Virus record (IMG/VR): IMGVR_UViG_3300048886_001546
Location: 1 to 24,491 of that record
From: a virus
Lineage: Duplodnaviria > Caudoviricetes
DNA length: 24,491 nucleotides
Strand: one strand, 5' to 3'
A program made the position numbers and the translations under genes. The notes under the pieces were generated by a model. It had not been told where the DNA came from and searched no databases. It worked only from the letters and a program-made list of their open reading frames with translations. Positions 1 through 10,000 of the stretch are shown here, in pieces (positions within the stretch are counted from its first letter, which is position 1; every line of letters begins with the position of its first letter).

Positions 1-55
1 ACAATCGGCCAACTCCTTATTTTAAAAGGACTTATAGAACATCTTGAATAAGTGT

Positions 56-63
56 TATAAATA
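56..63 (+). promoter_or_regulatory. T4-type late promoter (TATAAATA)
   Basis: Exact TATAAATA upstream of ATG 81, followed by an AGGGGA RBS; matches the gp55-dependent late promoter consensus. Confidence 0.75.
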
Positions 64-80
64 TATCTATAGGGGAAACC

Positions 81-725
81 ATGTTAAAAAAAGTTGACGG
101 CAAATGGGCTATCGTTTCAAAGTCCTCTGAGAAGGTTTTAGCATATTACAAGGGAGAAGGTAAACCAGATGAGGAATGGGTTAAGAAGCAAGAAAGACGA
201 ATCCAATTTTACAAGCATAAAGGAGAGCATAAAATTATGAAAACGTATGAAGACCTAATGGAAGGTAAGCCAAAGAAATGGGCTGATATCAAGGATAAAA
301 ATACGAAAAAAGATGCATCACAATTTCTTAAAGCACTTGATGTAGGACAAGTTCTTGGTTATAGTATTGAACACCAAGAATTTTATATCTATGATTCTGA
401 GAAAGATTTTAAGGATGCCCAAAAGGGTACTAAAGGGAAAGCTATGCAATGGGTAAAGGTTGAAGGGTGGATTCAACACGGTATTGCTGTGAATGAAGCA
501 TATAAACCTGGTAAATTTAATTTCAAAGCAGCTGTTAAACTTGGTATGTTGCAAAAAGATGATGAGAAACCTATCCTGTCTATGAAGAAAAAAGGTTGGG
601 AAGTATATGAGTTTCTATTAACTAGTAAGGGGTTTGAATTGACAATGAAAAAAGGATCGGAAGAAAAGAAGTTCATTGACAAACGACCCGATTATGTTTT
701 AAAACAAGCAGATAAGAAAATTTAA
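81..725 (+). CDS. Lys-rich hypothetical protein, possibly a head/internal virion protein
   Basis: 214-aa ORF with RBS and late promoter; highly charged; internal MKTYEDLME segment resembles T4 internal-protein N-termini. Confidence 0.6.
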   Translation: MLKKVDGKWAIVSKSSEKVLAYYKGEGKPDEEWVKKQERRIQFYKHKGEHKIMKTYEDLMEGKPKKWADIKDKNTKKDASQFLKALDVGQVLGYSIEHQEFYIYDSEKDFKDAQKGTKGKAMQWVKVEGWIQHGIAVNEAYKPGKFNFKAAVKLGMLQKDDEKPILSMKKKGWEVYEFLLTSKGFELTMKKGSEEKKFIDKRPDYVLKQADKKI

Positions 726-728
726 CAA

Positions 729-1142
729 ATGGCTGTTTATACAAAACCACTTTCAACAAATGTAAGAAGTTGGTCTGATCTTGATTTGGATTTTTTAGCT
801 CATCCAGTTACTAAAGATATAGTTTTAAAAAGAGATGTTGAGGCTATTAAAAGATCGGTAAGAAATCTTATAATGACCAACCCACACGAAAGACCATTTC
901 AACCAGAAATTGGAAGTGGTGTTAGAGGTGTATTATTTGATTTAGTAGGCCCTACCACTGCTGTTGTTTTACAGGATGAAATAAGGCATGTAATTCAAAA
1001 TTTTGAACCAAGGGTAGAATTGGTTAATGTTAGAGTAATTAGTGCTATTGATAAAAACGGTTATTATGTAACAATAGAATTTACACCTTTGAATTTTCCC
1101 GAACCAGTAACAATCGAATTTTTCCTTGAGAGGCTAAGATAA
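729..1142 (+). CDS. gp25: Baseplate wedge subunit, gp25-like
   Basis: DLDLDF..HP..D, AIKRSVRNLI.T...ERPFQPEIGS and I.NFEPRV motifs typical of the gp25 family; directly upstream of gp6. Confidence 0.93.
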   Translation: MAVYTKPLSTNVRSWSDLDLDFLAHPVTKDIVLKRDVEAIKRSVRNLIMTNPHERPFQPEIGSGVRGVLFDLVGPTTAVVLQDEIRHVIQNFEPRVELVNVRVISAIDKNGYYVTIEFTPLNFPEPVTIEFFLERLR

Positions 1143-3080
1143 ATGGCATTATCAGATAAAATACAAGTAACCGAATTAGAATTTGAAGAAATTAAAGGTA
1201 ATCTAAAAACATATCTTAAAGCTCAAGATCAGTTTCAAGATTATGATTTTGAAGGAAGTGGTATGAGTGTGCTGATTGATCTTCTTGCATACAATACTCA
1301 TTACATGGCTTATTATGCAAACATGCTTGGTAATGAAATGTTCATGGACTCAGCATCGTTACGAGAATCCGTTGTTTCTCATGCAAAAACTATGGGTGTC
1401 ATTCCAACATCTGTTAAACCTGCTACTGCGAAATTAGATTTTGTTTTTACGCCTGGAGGTTTACCTCCCAGCTTGACAATTGAAAAGAATACAAAGTTTG
1501 TATCAAAAATTAATGGTATTAAATATAAATTTGTAACTACTAAAACAACTACAATTCCAAGATCCGTAAATGATACTTATAGCGTTACAGGTGTTGAGAT
1601 ATTGGAAGGGAAGGTATTAACTAGATCATATACAGTAGACGCATCTAATGAGATACAAAGATTTATTATTCCTAATCCAGATGTTGATCTAGATACATTG
1701 GTAGTTAATATTCAATCTTCAGCTTCAAACTCCAAAGTCGATACGTTTACAAATGGTAATAATATTGATGTTACAACTGTCAAGTCAACAGATAAAGTTT
1801 ATTGGGTACATGAAATAGAGGATAGCAAATATGAACTTACATTTGGTGATGGTGCAGTTGGTAAACAATTGTCGGATGGTAATATTATTTTTATTGAGTA
1901 TTTAGCTACATCGGGATCTGTTGCAAATGGAGCAAATTTATTTAGTGCAAATACAACTGTTGCTGGTTTGAATCCATCACAATATATTCAGACAACTAAT
2001 ACAGCAGCAGTTGGAGGGTCAGATATTCAATCCATCAAATCATTAAAATTTCTTACTCCAAAATTATATTCAGCACAAAAACGTGCATGTACTGCAGATG
2101 ATTATAAAGCAATTCTTCTAGAACAACGACCAGATATAGAATCTATCACTACATATGGTGGAGAGGATGCTGATCCTGTTCAATATGGAAAGGTTTATAT
2201 TGCAATAAAACCAACAGGTAATACAGTTTTTAGTGATACTGCAAAAGAAGCTATTATAAATGATATTCTCAAACAAACGAATGTGGTTACAGTTATACCG
2301 GAAATTGTTGATCCAACATTTTATTATTTACAATTAGACGCTACGGTTAATTACAATCCCATTACTAATTTAACAGATGAAGTTACTTTGAAATCAAATG
2401 TCAACTCATCAATACAAAAATATTTACAAAATAATCTTGAAAAGTTTGACCAGAAATTTAGATATTCTGTTCTTCTAAGAGAAATTGATAATACAAGTAA
2501 TGCAATTAGAAATACTAAGTTGATGGTAAGATATGCACAACGCATATATCCAGCAACATTTGGTGTACCAGCAACTTATATTGTAAATTTTAACAATCCA
2601 ATTTTACAGGGTTGTTTTAAGAGTACTCAGTTTGTAGGATCTGATGGACAAACCTGGCAACTGGTTGATGATACTGTAGGTAATGTAAAAATTGTTAAAT
2701 TGTCAACTGGAACTCTTACAGGGACATCATGGGTCAATGATTATAGTTCAGGTCATGTTCATAGAGTAGATGATACAGGAACTCTCCATACTGGTAAATA
2801 TCATTATGAAGAAGAACATGATGTGGCTAGTCAACTTCTTGAACAAATGATTTTACCTGACGGAACAACAAATATAGGCACAATAGATTATACTACAGGA
2901 CAAATTAAATTAGTTAATTTTGCACCTATGTCAATTACTTCTGGTGATTCTTATATTAAATTAAGTGTACATCCTCAAGTGACTACATCTGATGTTACAC
3001 CGTTGCGAGAACAAATATTAACTTATGATGTTAATGATTTAGAATCAATTGTTATTAAAATGGTTTCGGAAATAATATAA
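1143..3080 (+). CDS. gp6: Baseplate wedge subunit, gp6-like
   Basis: LEFEEIK.NL..YL...QF.DYDFEGS, LAYNTHY, E.F.DSA.LRESVVSHAK, FGDG..GK, Q.RA.TADDY and YGKVYIAIKP motifs; 645 aa. Confidence 0.93.
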   Translation: MALSDKIQVTELEFEEIKGNLKTYLKAQDQFQDYDFEGSGMSVLIDLLAYNTHYMAYYANMLGNEMFMDSASLRESVVSHAKTMGVIPTSVKPATAKLDFVFTPGGLPPSLTIEKNTKFVSKINGIKYKFVTTKTTTIPRSVNDTYSVTGVEILEGKVLTRSYTVDASNEIQRFIIPNPDVDLDTLVVNIQSSASNSKVDTFTNGNNIDVTTVKSTDKVYWVHEIEDSKYELTFGDGAVGKQLSDGNIIFIEYLATSGSVANGANLFSANTTVAGLNPSQYIQTTNTAAVGGSDIQSIKSLKFLTPKLYSAQKRACTADDYKAILLEQRPDIESITTYGGEDADPVQYGKVYIAIKPTGNTVFSDTAKEAIINDILKQTNVVTVIPEIVDPTFYYLQLDATVNYNPITNLTDEVTLKSNVNSSIQKYLQNNLEKFDQKFRYSVLLREIDNTSNAIRNTKLMVRYAQRIYPATFGVPATYIVNFNNPILQGCFKSTQFVGSDGQTWQLVDDTVGNVKIVKLSTGTLTGTSWVNDYSSGHVHRVDDTGTLHTGKYHYEEEHDVASQLLEQMILPDGTTNIGTIDYTTGQIKLVNFAPMSITSGDSYIKLSVHPQVTTSDVTPLREQILTYDVNDLESIVIKMVSEII

Positions 3081-5555
3081 ATGGCTGAAGTTAATTCAAA
3101 TTCTCCTATACATCCCGATCTTTATCAAAGGGTTTCAGTAAAGGTACAAGGACAGTTACCTGATTTTGTAAAACAAGATCATCCTACGTTTGTAGCTTTT
3201 CTTGAGGCTTATTATGAGTATATGGAGCAACTGGGAAAGCCAATTGAGGTTATTGGTAATTTACAGAACTATGTAAATTTAGATAAGACAACTGATGATT
3301 TTCTTGATTATTTTAAACAACAGTTTGGTAAAGACCTTCCAGAAGCAGTATTTGCTAATGCCAATAAGCCGTTTGTATTAAAGAAGCTTCGTGATTTTTA
3401 TCTTTCAAAAGGTAGTGAGAAATCTTTTCGATTTTTATTTAGATTATTACATAAGGAAGAAATAGATTTTTATTATCCTTCTGAAGATATGCTTCGTGTG
3501 TCAGATGGTAAATATACAAAGAATAAAATTATTAGAGTGATAGATGGATCTGGAACTAATGCAGTTTATGATTTAATAGGAAAACAAATAAAGGGTACTG
3601 TTTCAGGTGCAGAGGCAATAGTTGAATTAATAATAAAAGAAAAGGTCGGTAGTACAGAAGTAACAACAATGTATTTATCAGGCGTGAGAAATGAATTTAT
3701 AATTAATGATACGATAGTTGATGGTTCCAATACCTATACAGTTGGTTCTATGGTTACGGGTTATAATATAACAAATCCTGGTAATAATTATACCATTGGT
3801 GATGTTCTTAATGTTGACGGAGGCGTGGGTGATTCTGATGCAACAATTAAGGTTGATTCGTTAACTAGTGGAGAAATTGCCACTATTACCATTAATGATG
3901 GTGGTAGTGGATATGTTGTTGGGGATGTGTTGACTGTAGATAATAATGGTGTTAAAGATGTTGATACAAGAACAGCTAGTTTTGTTGTTAAAGAAGTTAC
4001 ATATGGTAGTGCTATTCCACTTGGTGCTGTTACACGAATAGAAATAGAAAATAAAGGTAGAGGTTATACTGGTCTTCCTACTATTAGTGGCGGGACGGGT
4101 ACGGGACTTGCGGTTACTTTAACAGGAGCTAATATTGGTGGTGTTAAAACATTAAAAATTAATAATGGTGGGTTTGGTTATTTAACTAATCCAACTATTG
4201 ATTTTTCTGCGAAGGGTGATGGAACAGCAACAGGGACAGGAATTATTTCGGGATATGAAAATGAATATAATGTTGGTTGGACAGGTGATGATGGTTTTCT
4301 TTCAGCAGGTAAGTACATTCAAGATAGTCTTTATTATCAATTATTTTCTTATGTCATTACCTCCGGTGCGTCAATTCAAAACTGGCGAGATATTGTAAAA
4401 CAAACGGTACATCCGGCCGGGATGGCAATGTTTGGTAATGTTCAGATCCATGGTTATGCTTCTACTACATTAAATGCACATACATTTGCTCCTCCTGGAT
4501 TACCACAACAGGAATATACAATTATTTTTCACGAAGGTTCAATTGAACCGCCTGTTGTTGTTAAGATACCAGTTGACTCTTGCGAAGGTGAGATTGAATA
4601 TATTTTCTTACTTGATGCAGATTATTTATTCGTTCTTGATTCTGAAGGAGATCCACCAGCTAATGAGGAGTGGGCATTAGTTACTGAATCAATTACAGAA
4701 TCAGATGATTGGGGTTTAGTTACTACACCAACTTTCTTTATTGCTCCAACAGTTTGTCAAACGTATCTTAAATTTTTAGGAATACAATATCTTAAAAATT
4801 TGAAAGGTTTAGCAGATTATTTAGAATTAACAATTGGAGCAACTAGATATGGTGATGACGGTCTTATTACAGATTTACAAGAAACTGAAGAAGGGGAGGA
4901 TTTTGGAAATCTTACAGATGAAATTATTCTTTCAACTCAATTAAGATTAGGGCCGTTGAGAAGAAAATTAGATTATTGGAAATTCAGAACACAGGGTGGT
5001 TATTCTCAAGGTGTTATTGGAACTGGTGCTTCAGCAGATGTAGATGCTCCTGTAGCAGGTGCTATAACTGGTTTTTCAAACTTGGTAGGTGGAACTGGTT
5101 ACATTAATCATGCAGGTAAAAGTATAGGTCCGCCAAGAGTTGTGTTTGATAATACTGGAACGGGAGGAACTGGTGCTAAAGCAGATATAACTATTACTGC
5201 TGGTGTTGTAACTGCTATAACTGTTACAGACGGTGGAACTGGATATACATCTGCACCAACTATTATAATTACTGGATCTGGAGAACCTGGAGGAACAGAA
5301 TCTGGAACTGGTATAGGACCTTTCTTGAGTCAATTAACATTTGATTGGCAAGCACTAGGTGGTATGAAGCAAAGAAATCTAACAAATGCAATAGTTACAC
5401 AATGGGATCATAGTGTAACTCCTGATGTGTCTTATGGTGAAACTACTACTGCAGGGTTTCTTACAAATGTATATGCAGATTCGTCTAAACGAATTTTACC
5501 GCCAGCGGATGGTCCAATTACATTACAATGGTATCAGCCAGGTGGTAATCCATAA
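3081..5555 (+). CDS. gp7: Baseplate wedge protein, gp7-like (wedge initiator)
   Basis: QLPDFV...HP.FV.FLEAYYE, FYLSKGSEKSF.FLFRLL, IQDS.YYQ.FSYVI and HPAG..MFG motifs; lies between gp6 and gp8; several GxGY beta-repeat modules. Confidence 0.75.
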   Translation: MAEVNSNSPIHPDLYQRVSVKVQGQLPDFVKQDHPTFVAFLEAYYEYMEQLGKPIEVIGNLQNYVNLDKTTDDFLDYFKQQFGKDLPEAVFANANKPFVLKKLRDFYLSKGSEKSFRFLFRLLHKEEIDFYYPSEDMLRVSDGKYTKNKIIRVIDGSGTNAVYDLIGKQIKGTVSGAEAIVELIIKEKVGSTEVTTMYLSGVRNEFIINDTIVDGSNTYTVGSMVTGYNITNPGNNYTIGDVLNVDGGVGDSDATIKVDSLTSGEIATITINDGGSGYVVGDVLTVDNNGVKDVDTRTASFVVKEVTYGSAIPLGAVTRIEIENKGRGYTGLPTISGGTGTGLAVTLTGANIGGVKTLKINNGGFGYLTNPTIDFSAKGDGTATGTGIISGYENEYNVGWTGDDGFLSAGKYIQDSLYYQLFSYVITSGASIQNWRDIVKQTVHPAGMAMFGNVQIHGYASTTLNAHTFAPPGLPQQEYTIIFHEGSIEPPVVVKIPVDSCEGEIEYIFLLDADYLFVLDSEGDPPANEEWALVTESITESDDWGLVTTPTFFIAPTVCQTYLKFLGIQYLKNLKGLADYLELTIGATRYGDDGLITDLQETEEGEDFGNLTDEIILSTQLRLGPLRRKLDYWKFRTQGGYSQGVIGTGASADVDAPVAGAITGFSNLVGGTGYINHAGKSIGPPRVVFDNTGTGGTGAKADITITAGVVTAITVTDGGTGYTSAPTIIITGSGEPGGTESGTGIGPFLSQLTFDWQALGGMKQRNLTNAIVTQWDHSVTPDVSYGETTTAGFLTNVYADSSKRILPPADGPITLQWYQPGGNP

Positions 5556-5584
5556 TAAAAAATAATAATCAACGCAAAAAGTAT

Positions 5585-5592
5585 TATAAATA
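5585..5592 (+). promoter_or_regulatory. T4-type late promoter (TATAAATA)
   Basis: Exact motif in the intergenic gap upstream of ATG 5623 (RBS GAGGA). Confidence 0.75.
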
Positions 5593-5622
5593 TTATAATA
5601 AACAAAAAGATGAGGATAAAAA

Positions 5623-7023
5623 ATGTCTGCTATAATTAATAACAGTTTTAGAAAATTCAATGCTGATAATTTTATCAGTAGTTTTGTTGGTAATAATGTC
5701 TATTTGACAATTGGTAAGAATACTGAATGGGCAGGACCAAGTGCTGGGGAATATATAGAAACAGCACCTAATGATGCTACGATTCCAGTTCCCATTGATA
5801 CGACAGCTGCATATTATAAGAACCATGATGATTTGATTGCTATTAAAAAGATTAGTTCCGCAGATGTTTCTCATGTAATTAAAAGAGTCAATTGGACTAC
5901 AAATACTAGATATGCAGAATACGATCATCTTCAAGATGATATGATTGATGGAGTTAACTTAGATGCTAATGGTTTACCAGATCCAGCTGGTGTATTAACA
6001 GATTTTTTTGTAATGAACTCTACTTTTAAAGTATATAAGTGTATTAGTAATTATGGTGGTGCTCTTTCGGTCAATGAACCTACTAGTACTCAAACGACTG
6101 TTTTTGAAACAGCAGATCATTACAAGTGGAAATTTATGTTTGAAGTTCAGCAAGCAGATGTTGTTAAATTTGTAACGACTGATTGGATTCCAATTAAAGC
6201 ACCGGCTGATACTATTTCTAATCCAGATCAGGCTGCTGTAGAAAATGCTGCGACTGATGGATCAATAGAACATATTAATATTGTAAGTGGTGGAACCTTA
6301 TATAAAAATCATACTGGAAATGCAGTTGGTTCAACAATAAATACAATTACTTTAGCATCTACAGCAGACCAGACTGCAGGTTATTATGATAACATGACGG
6401 TGTATATTAGAGCGGGTAAAGGTGTTGGTCAGTTGAGAACAATAACGAGTTATGGTGGAAGTGATGAACTAGCAACTGTTAGTCCTAATTGGGATTCTGT
6501 TAATACATATCCTGATAGTACAAGCGTATATGATGTTATGCCTGCCGTTACTTTAGCATCTGTAGATAATAATGATGCTAGTGCTCATGTTTCAAGGGTT
6601 AATGCATCAACAGGAGCTATTGAAGCTGTTGCAATGAAAGAGGAAGGAACATTATATCGTTCAGGAACTGCTACTATAACTAGTGGCGGTGGCGGTGGAA
6701 CAGCCGCGGTATTAAAAGTAATGATTAGTCCAAGGGGTGGACACGGCTTCAATGCTGTTAATGAGCTTGGAGGAGCATTTGTAATGTTAAATAGCCGTTT
6801 AGTTGGGATTGAAGGTGGTGATTTTCCTGTAGGTGCTGATTTTAGAAAAGTACAAATTCTAGTTAATCCTAGTTTAGTAGCAGGAGGTCTAGCAACTGGT
6901 AGTGCTTATCAGCAATCAGATTTAGCAACAGATACAGGAGATATTATTTATTCCGAATTTAGAGGTCCTATTAATAGAGCATCTGATTCAACCGAAGATA
7001 TAAAAATCGTTTGTGAATTTTAA
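5623..7023 (+). CDS. gp8: Baseplate wedge subunit, gp8-like
   Basis: MSAII...FR..NA..F, FFVMN..FKVYKCISN, D.YKWKFMF, ISPRGGHG..A..ELG and C-terminal I.R.....EDIKIV.EF, as in marine T4-like gp8. Confidence 0.88.
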   Translation: MSAIINNSFRKFNADNFISSFVGNNVYLTIGKNTEWAGPSAGEYIETAPNDATIPVPIDTTAAYYKNHDDLIAIKKISSADVSHVIKRVNWTTNTRYAEYDHLQDDMIDGVNLDANGLPDPAGVLTDFFVMNSTFKVYKCISNYGGALSVNEPTSTQTTVFETADHYKWKFMFEVQQADVVKFVTTDWIPIKAPADTISNPDQAAVENAATDGSIEHINIVSGGTLYKNHTGNAVGSTINTITLASTADQTAGYYDNMTVYIRAGKGVGQLRTITSYGGSDELATVSPNWDSVNTYPDSTSVYDVMPAVTLASVDNNDASAHVSRVNASTGAIEAVAMKEEGTLYRSGTATITSGGGGGTAAVLKVMISPRGGHGFNAVNELGGAFVMLNSRLVGIEGGDFPVGADFRKVQILVNPSLVAGGLATGSAYQQSDLATDTGDIIYSEFRGPINRASDSTEDIKIVCEF

Positions 7024-7038
7024 TAAAAGGAAATTTTA

Positions 7039-10000
7039 ATGTCGAATTTTAATATAAATACAAATCAAAGTCCTTACTTTGATGATTATGATGAAGAAAA
7101 AGATTTTCATCAAATATTATATAAAGCAGGATTTCCTGTTCAAGCTCGTGAATTGACGCAAGAACAAACTATTTTAAGAAATCAAATCAAACGATTTGGG
7201 AATCATGTTTTTCAAGATGGTTCTAAGGTTACGGGTGGTGATGTTACTCTTAATTTAGAATATGAATATGTAAAATTAGAACCACAGTATAATGGTGTTA
7301 ATATTACTCCTTCAAATTTTCATGGTAATACTGTACTTGGTACAGAATCAGGTTGTAGAGCTATTGTTTTAAATAGTATTGTTAGTGATATTACTACAGG
7401 TGATCCAGATACGATTTTTGTAAAGTATATTTCTGGAGAATCAGTTACTACAAAAGTACAAGGTATTTTTGTGACAGGTGGAGGTATTGGTTATACATCA
7501 GCACCAACAGTTGCTATTACTGGTGGGGGTGGAGTTGGTGCTTCAGCCGTGGCAGTATTGAATACTGCAGGGGAAGTCGGAGCAGTTAATGTAACTAGTA
7601 AAGGATCAGGATATACTTCTGCACCTTCTATAACATTTACAGGTGGTAGTGGTTCTGGTGCAGAAGCTGATTCAACCATAAATACTGCCGCGTCCTTTAA
7701 AAATGGTGAACGTATTGTTACAGAGAATTTAGCAACTTCTGGAATTGCACAATCAAGTGGATCGACTGGTAGAGGATCTGCTGTTTCTATAGATGATGGT
7801 GTGTTTTTTATCTCTGGTAATTTTGTTCGTATTGCTGCTCAAACAATTATTTTAGAAAAATATACTGATAGACCATCACAGAAAGTTGGTATTACAGTTG
7901 CAGAAACAATTGTTGATTCTGGAGCAGATTCTACCTTATTAGATAATGCACAAGGGGCATATAATTTTTCTGCACCTGGTTCAGATCGTTTAAAGATTGC
8001 TTTAACCTTAGTAAAAAAATCAGTTGATAGTGTAGACGATATAGATTTCTTTGAACTTTTAAGAATATCTAATGGTCTTATAACTAAAGATTTTAGGAGA
8101 CCACTTTATTCAGAATTAGAAAATACATTAGCTAGTAGAACATATGATGAATCGGGAAATTATACTGTACGAGCTTTTAATATTCAATTAAAGGAAGATG
8201 CATCTGATTCTACAAAATTTAAAGTTCGTATTGATCCAGGTAAAGCTTTTATTGAAGGAAAAGAATATGAAACCTTTACTGGTACTGATGTTTCAATTGA
8301 TAAAGCTAGAACTTTTGCAAATGTAAATAATTTTGATCGTCTAATGCAATTTGGTAATTATGTTGTTGTAACTTCCTTAAAAGGATTGTTTAATATATCA
8401 ACACAACAAGAAATTGATTTACATAATGTAGCTTCTGCATCTATTGATCTGACTGATGACACTACATATGCTACATCAAAAATTGGAACGGCAAAAGTTA
8501 GAAGTGTAGATTATGTTTCTTCTGGAGTTTTTAATTTATATATTTATGATATTAAAATGACTGCTTCAGCATTTACTGCTGTTGATTCGTTTTTTCTTCC
8601 AGTTGATCCATCAACTACACCAGTCGTTGAAACTTCTTCTTGTGATATTGATGATAGTGGTCGTGTTGGAGGATTATCATCCGGTACTACAACACTATAT
8701 GAAACCAACGAAAATAGTTTAGTATTTCCTTTAGCACAGAATGTTATTAAAACAATTCGTGATGCAGATAATATAATTGATACAAGTTATAGAGTAAAGA
8801 GGGTATTTGAAAGTGTTGTTTTTGCAACTGGTGTATCAACTATATCAACAACAGGTAGTACAGAAACTTTTTTTGGTTCAGGTACTTTAAGTGATACAAA
8901 TAAATTAGAAGGGTATCTTGTAACAGTTAGGACAGTTGGAACTTCATCATATACAGTTGGACAAATTCTTGACTTCACTGGTTCTAATGAGAGTATATTA
9001 GTTAATGCACCCAGTAATACTAGTATAACTTTTGATACAGGGGGAACTGACAATTTTACAGCTGATATTATTGCAACAATTAATTTAGATGGAAAACAGG
9101 AAAAGGTTAAAACATTAATTAGTACTGAAACAAAAACTATTACTACACCAAATACTACACCTACAGGTTATGATTCTTTAGAAGTATCTGATGTTTATAA
9201 AATTCATGCTATATATGATTCCGGTGATCCTATAGTTGATCCAATAATTCCTTCACTTAATTTAGATAATCCTTCTAATGATGCTTTAACCGTAGGAGAA
9301 ACTATTACAGGTGAAATTTCTGGTGCTACTGGAAGGGTTGTAACAAGTGTTGGTGGTGCAAGTTCACTTCAGTATATTCCTATATCAGGAACTTTTGTTC
9401 CAGAAACGATTACAGGTGGAACGAGTGGGTTTACTAAAACTGTAACTGTTGCTGTAGCTGGTCATCCAGAGATATCATCCAAATATGAATTAGATAGTGG
9501 AATGCGAGATAATTTTTATGACCATGGACGAATAAAATTAAAGGCTGGTCAAACAGCACCGGCAGGAAGAATAACAGTTATCTACGATCATTTTACGCAT
9601 TCTGGTACTGGTTATCTTTCAGTTGATTCTTATGCAACTGTTGATTTTGATTCTATACCAACATACATTAGTCCTATTACAGGTGTAGAAGTTGAATTAA
9701 GAGATTGTGTAGATTTTCGACCAAGACGTGCCGATGGAGGTACTACAATAGAAAATATTGAAATACCTGTACCAAATACAAATTGGTCAGCTGATTATAG
9801 TTATTACTTACCGAGAACTGATTCAGTTTATATTAGTAGAATTGGAACAACAGCAAGGGAGACTATTGCTACGGATGTATTTGGTAGTAATACGGGAGTA
9901 CCTTCATTACGACAAACCTCTCCACCACGTTTAGATGGAACAATGGATTTGTATAGAATACGAATTCCTGCTTATACTTTTAAAGCAAGTGATGTTAGTG

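Noticed and set aside
13-30. TCCTT-N7-AAGGA inverted repeat, also a possible minus-strand RBS (AAGGAG)
   Set aside because: The 5-bp stem is too weak for a terminator, and any divergent gene would lie outside the window.
7053-7060. TATAAATA just inside the start of the 1799-aa gene
   Set aside because: It lies downstream of the ATG with no nearby gene start to serve; plausible by chance in AT-rich DNA.
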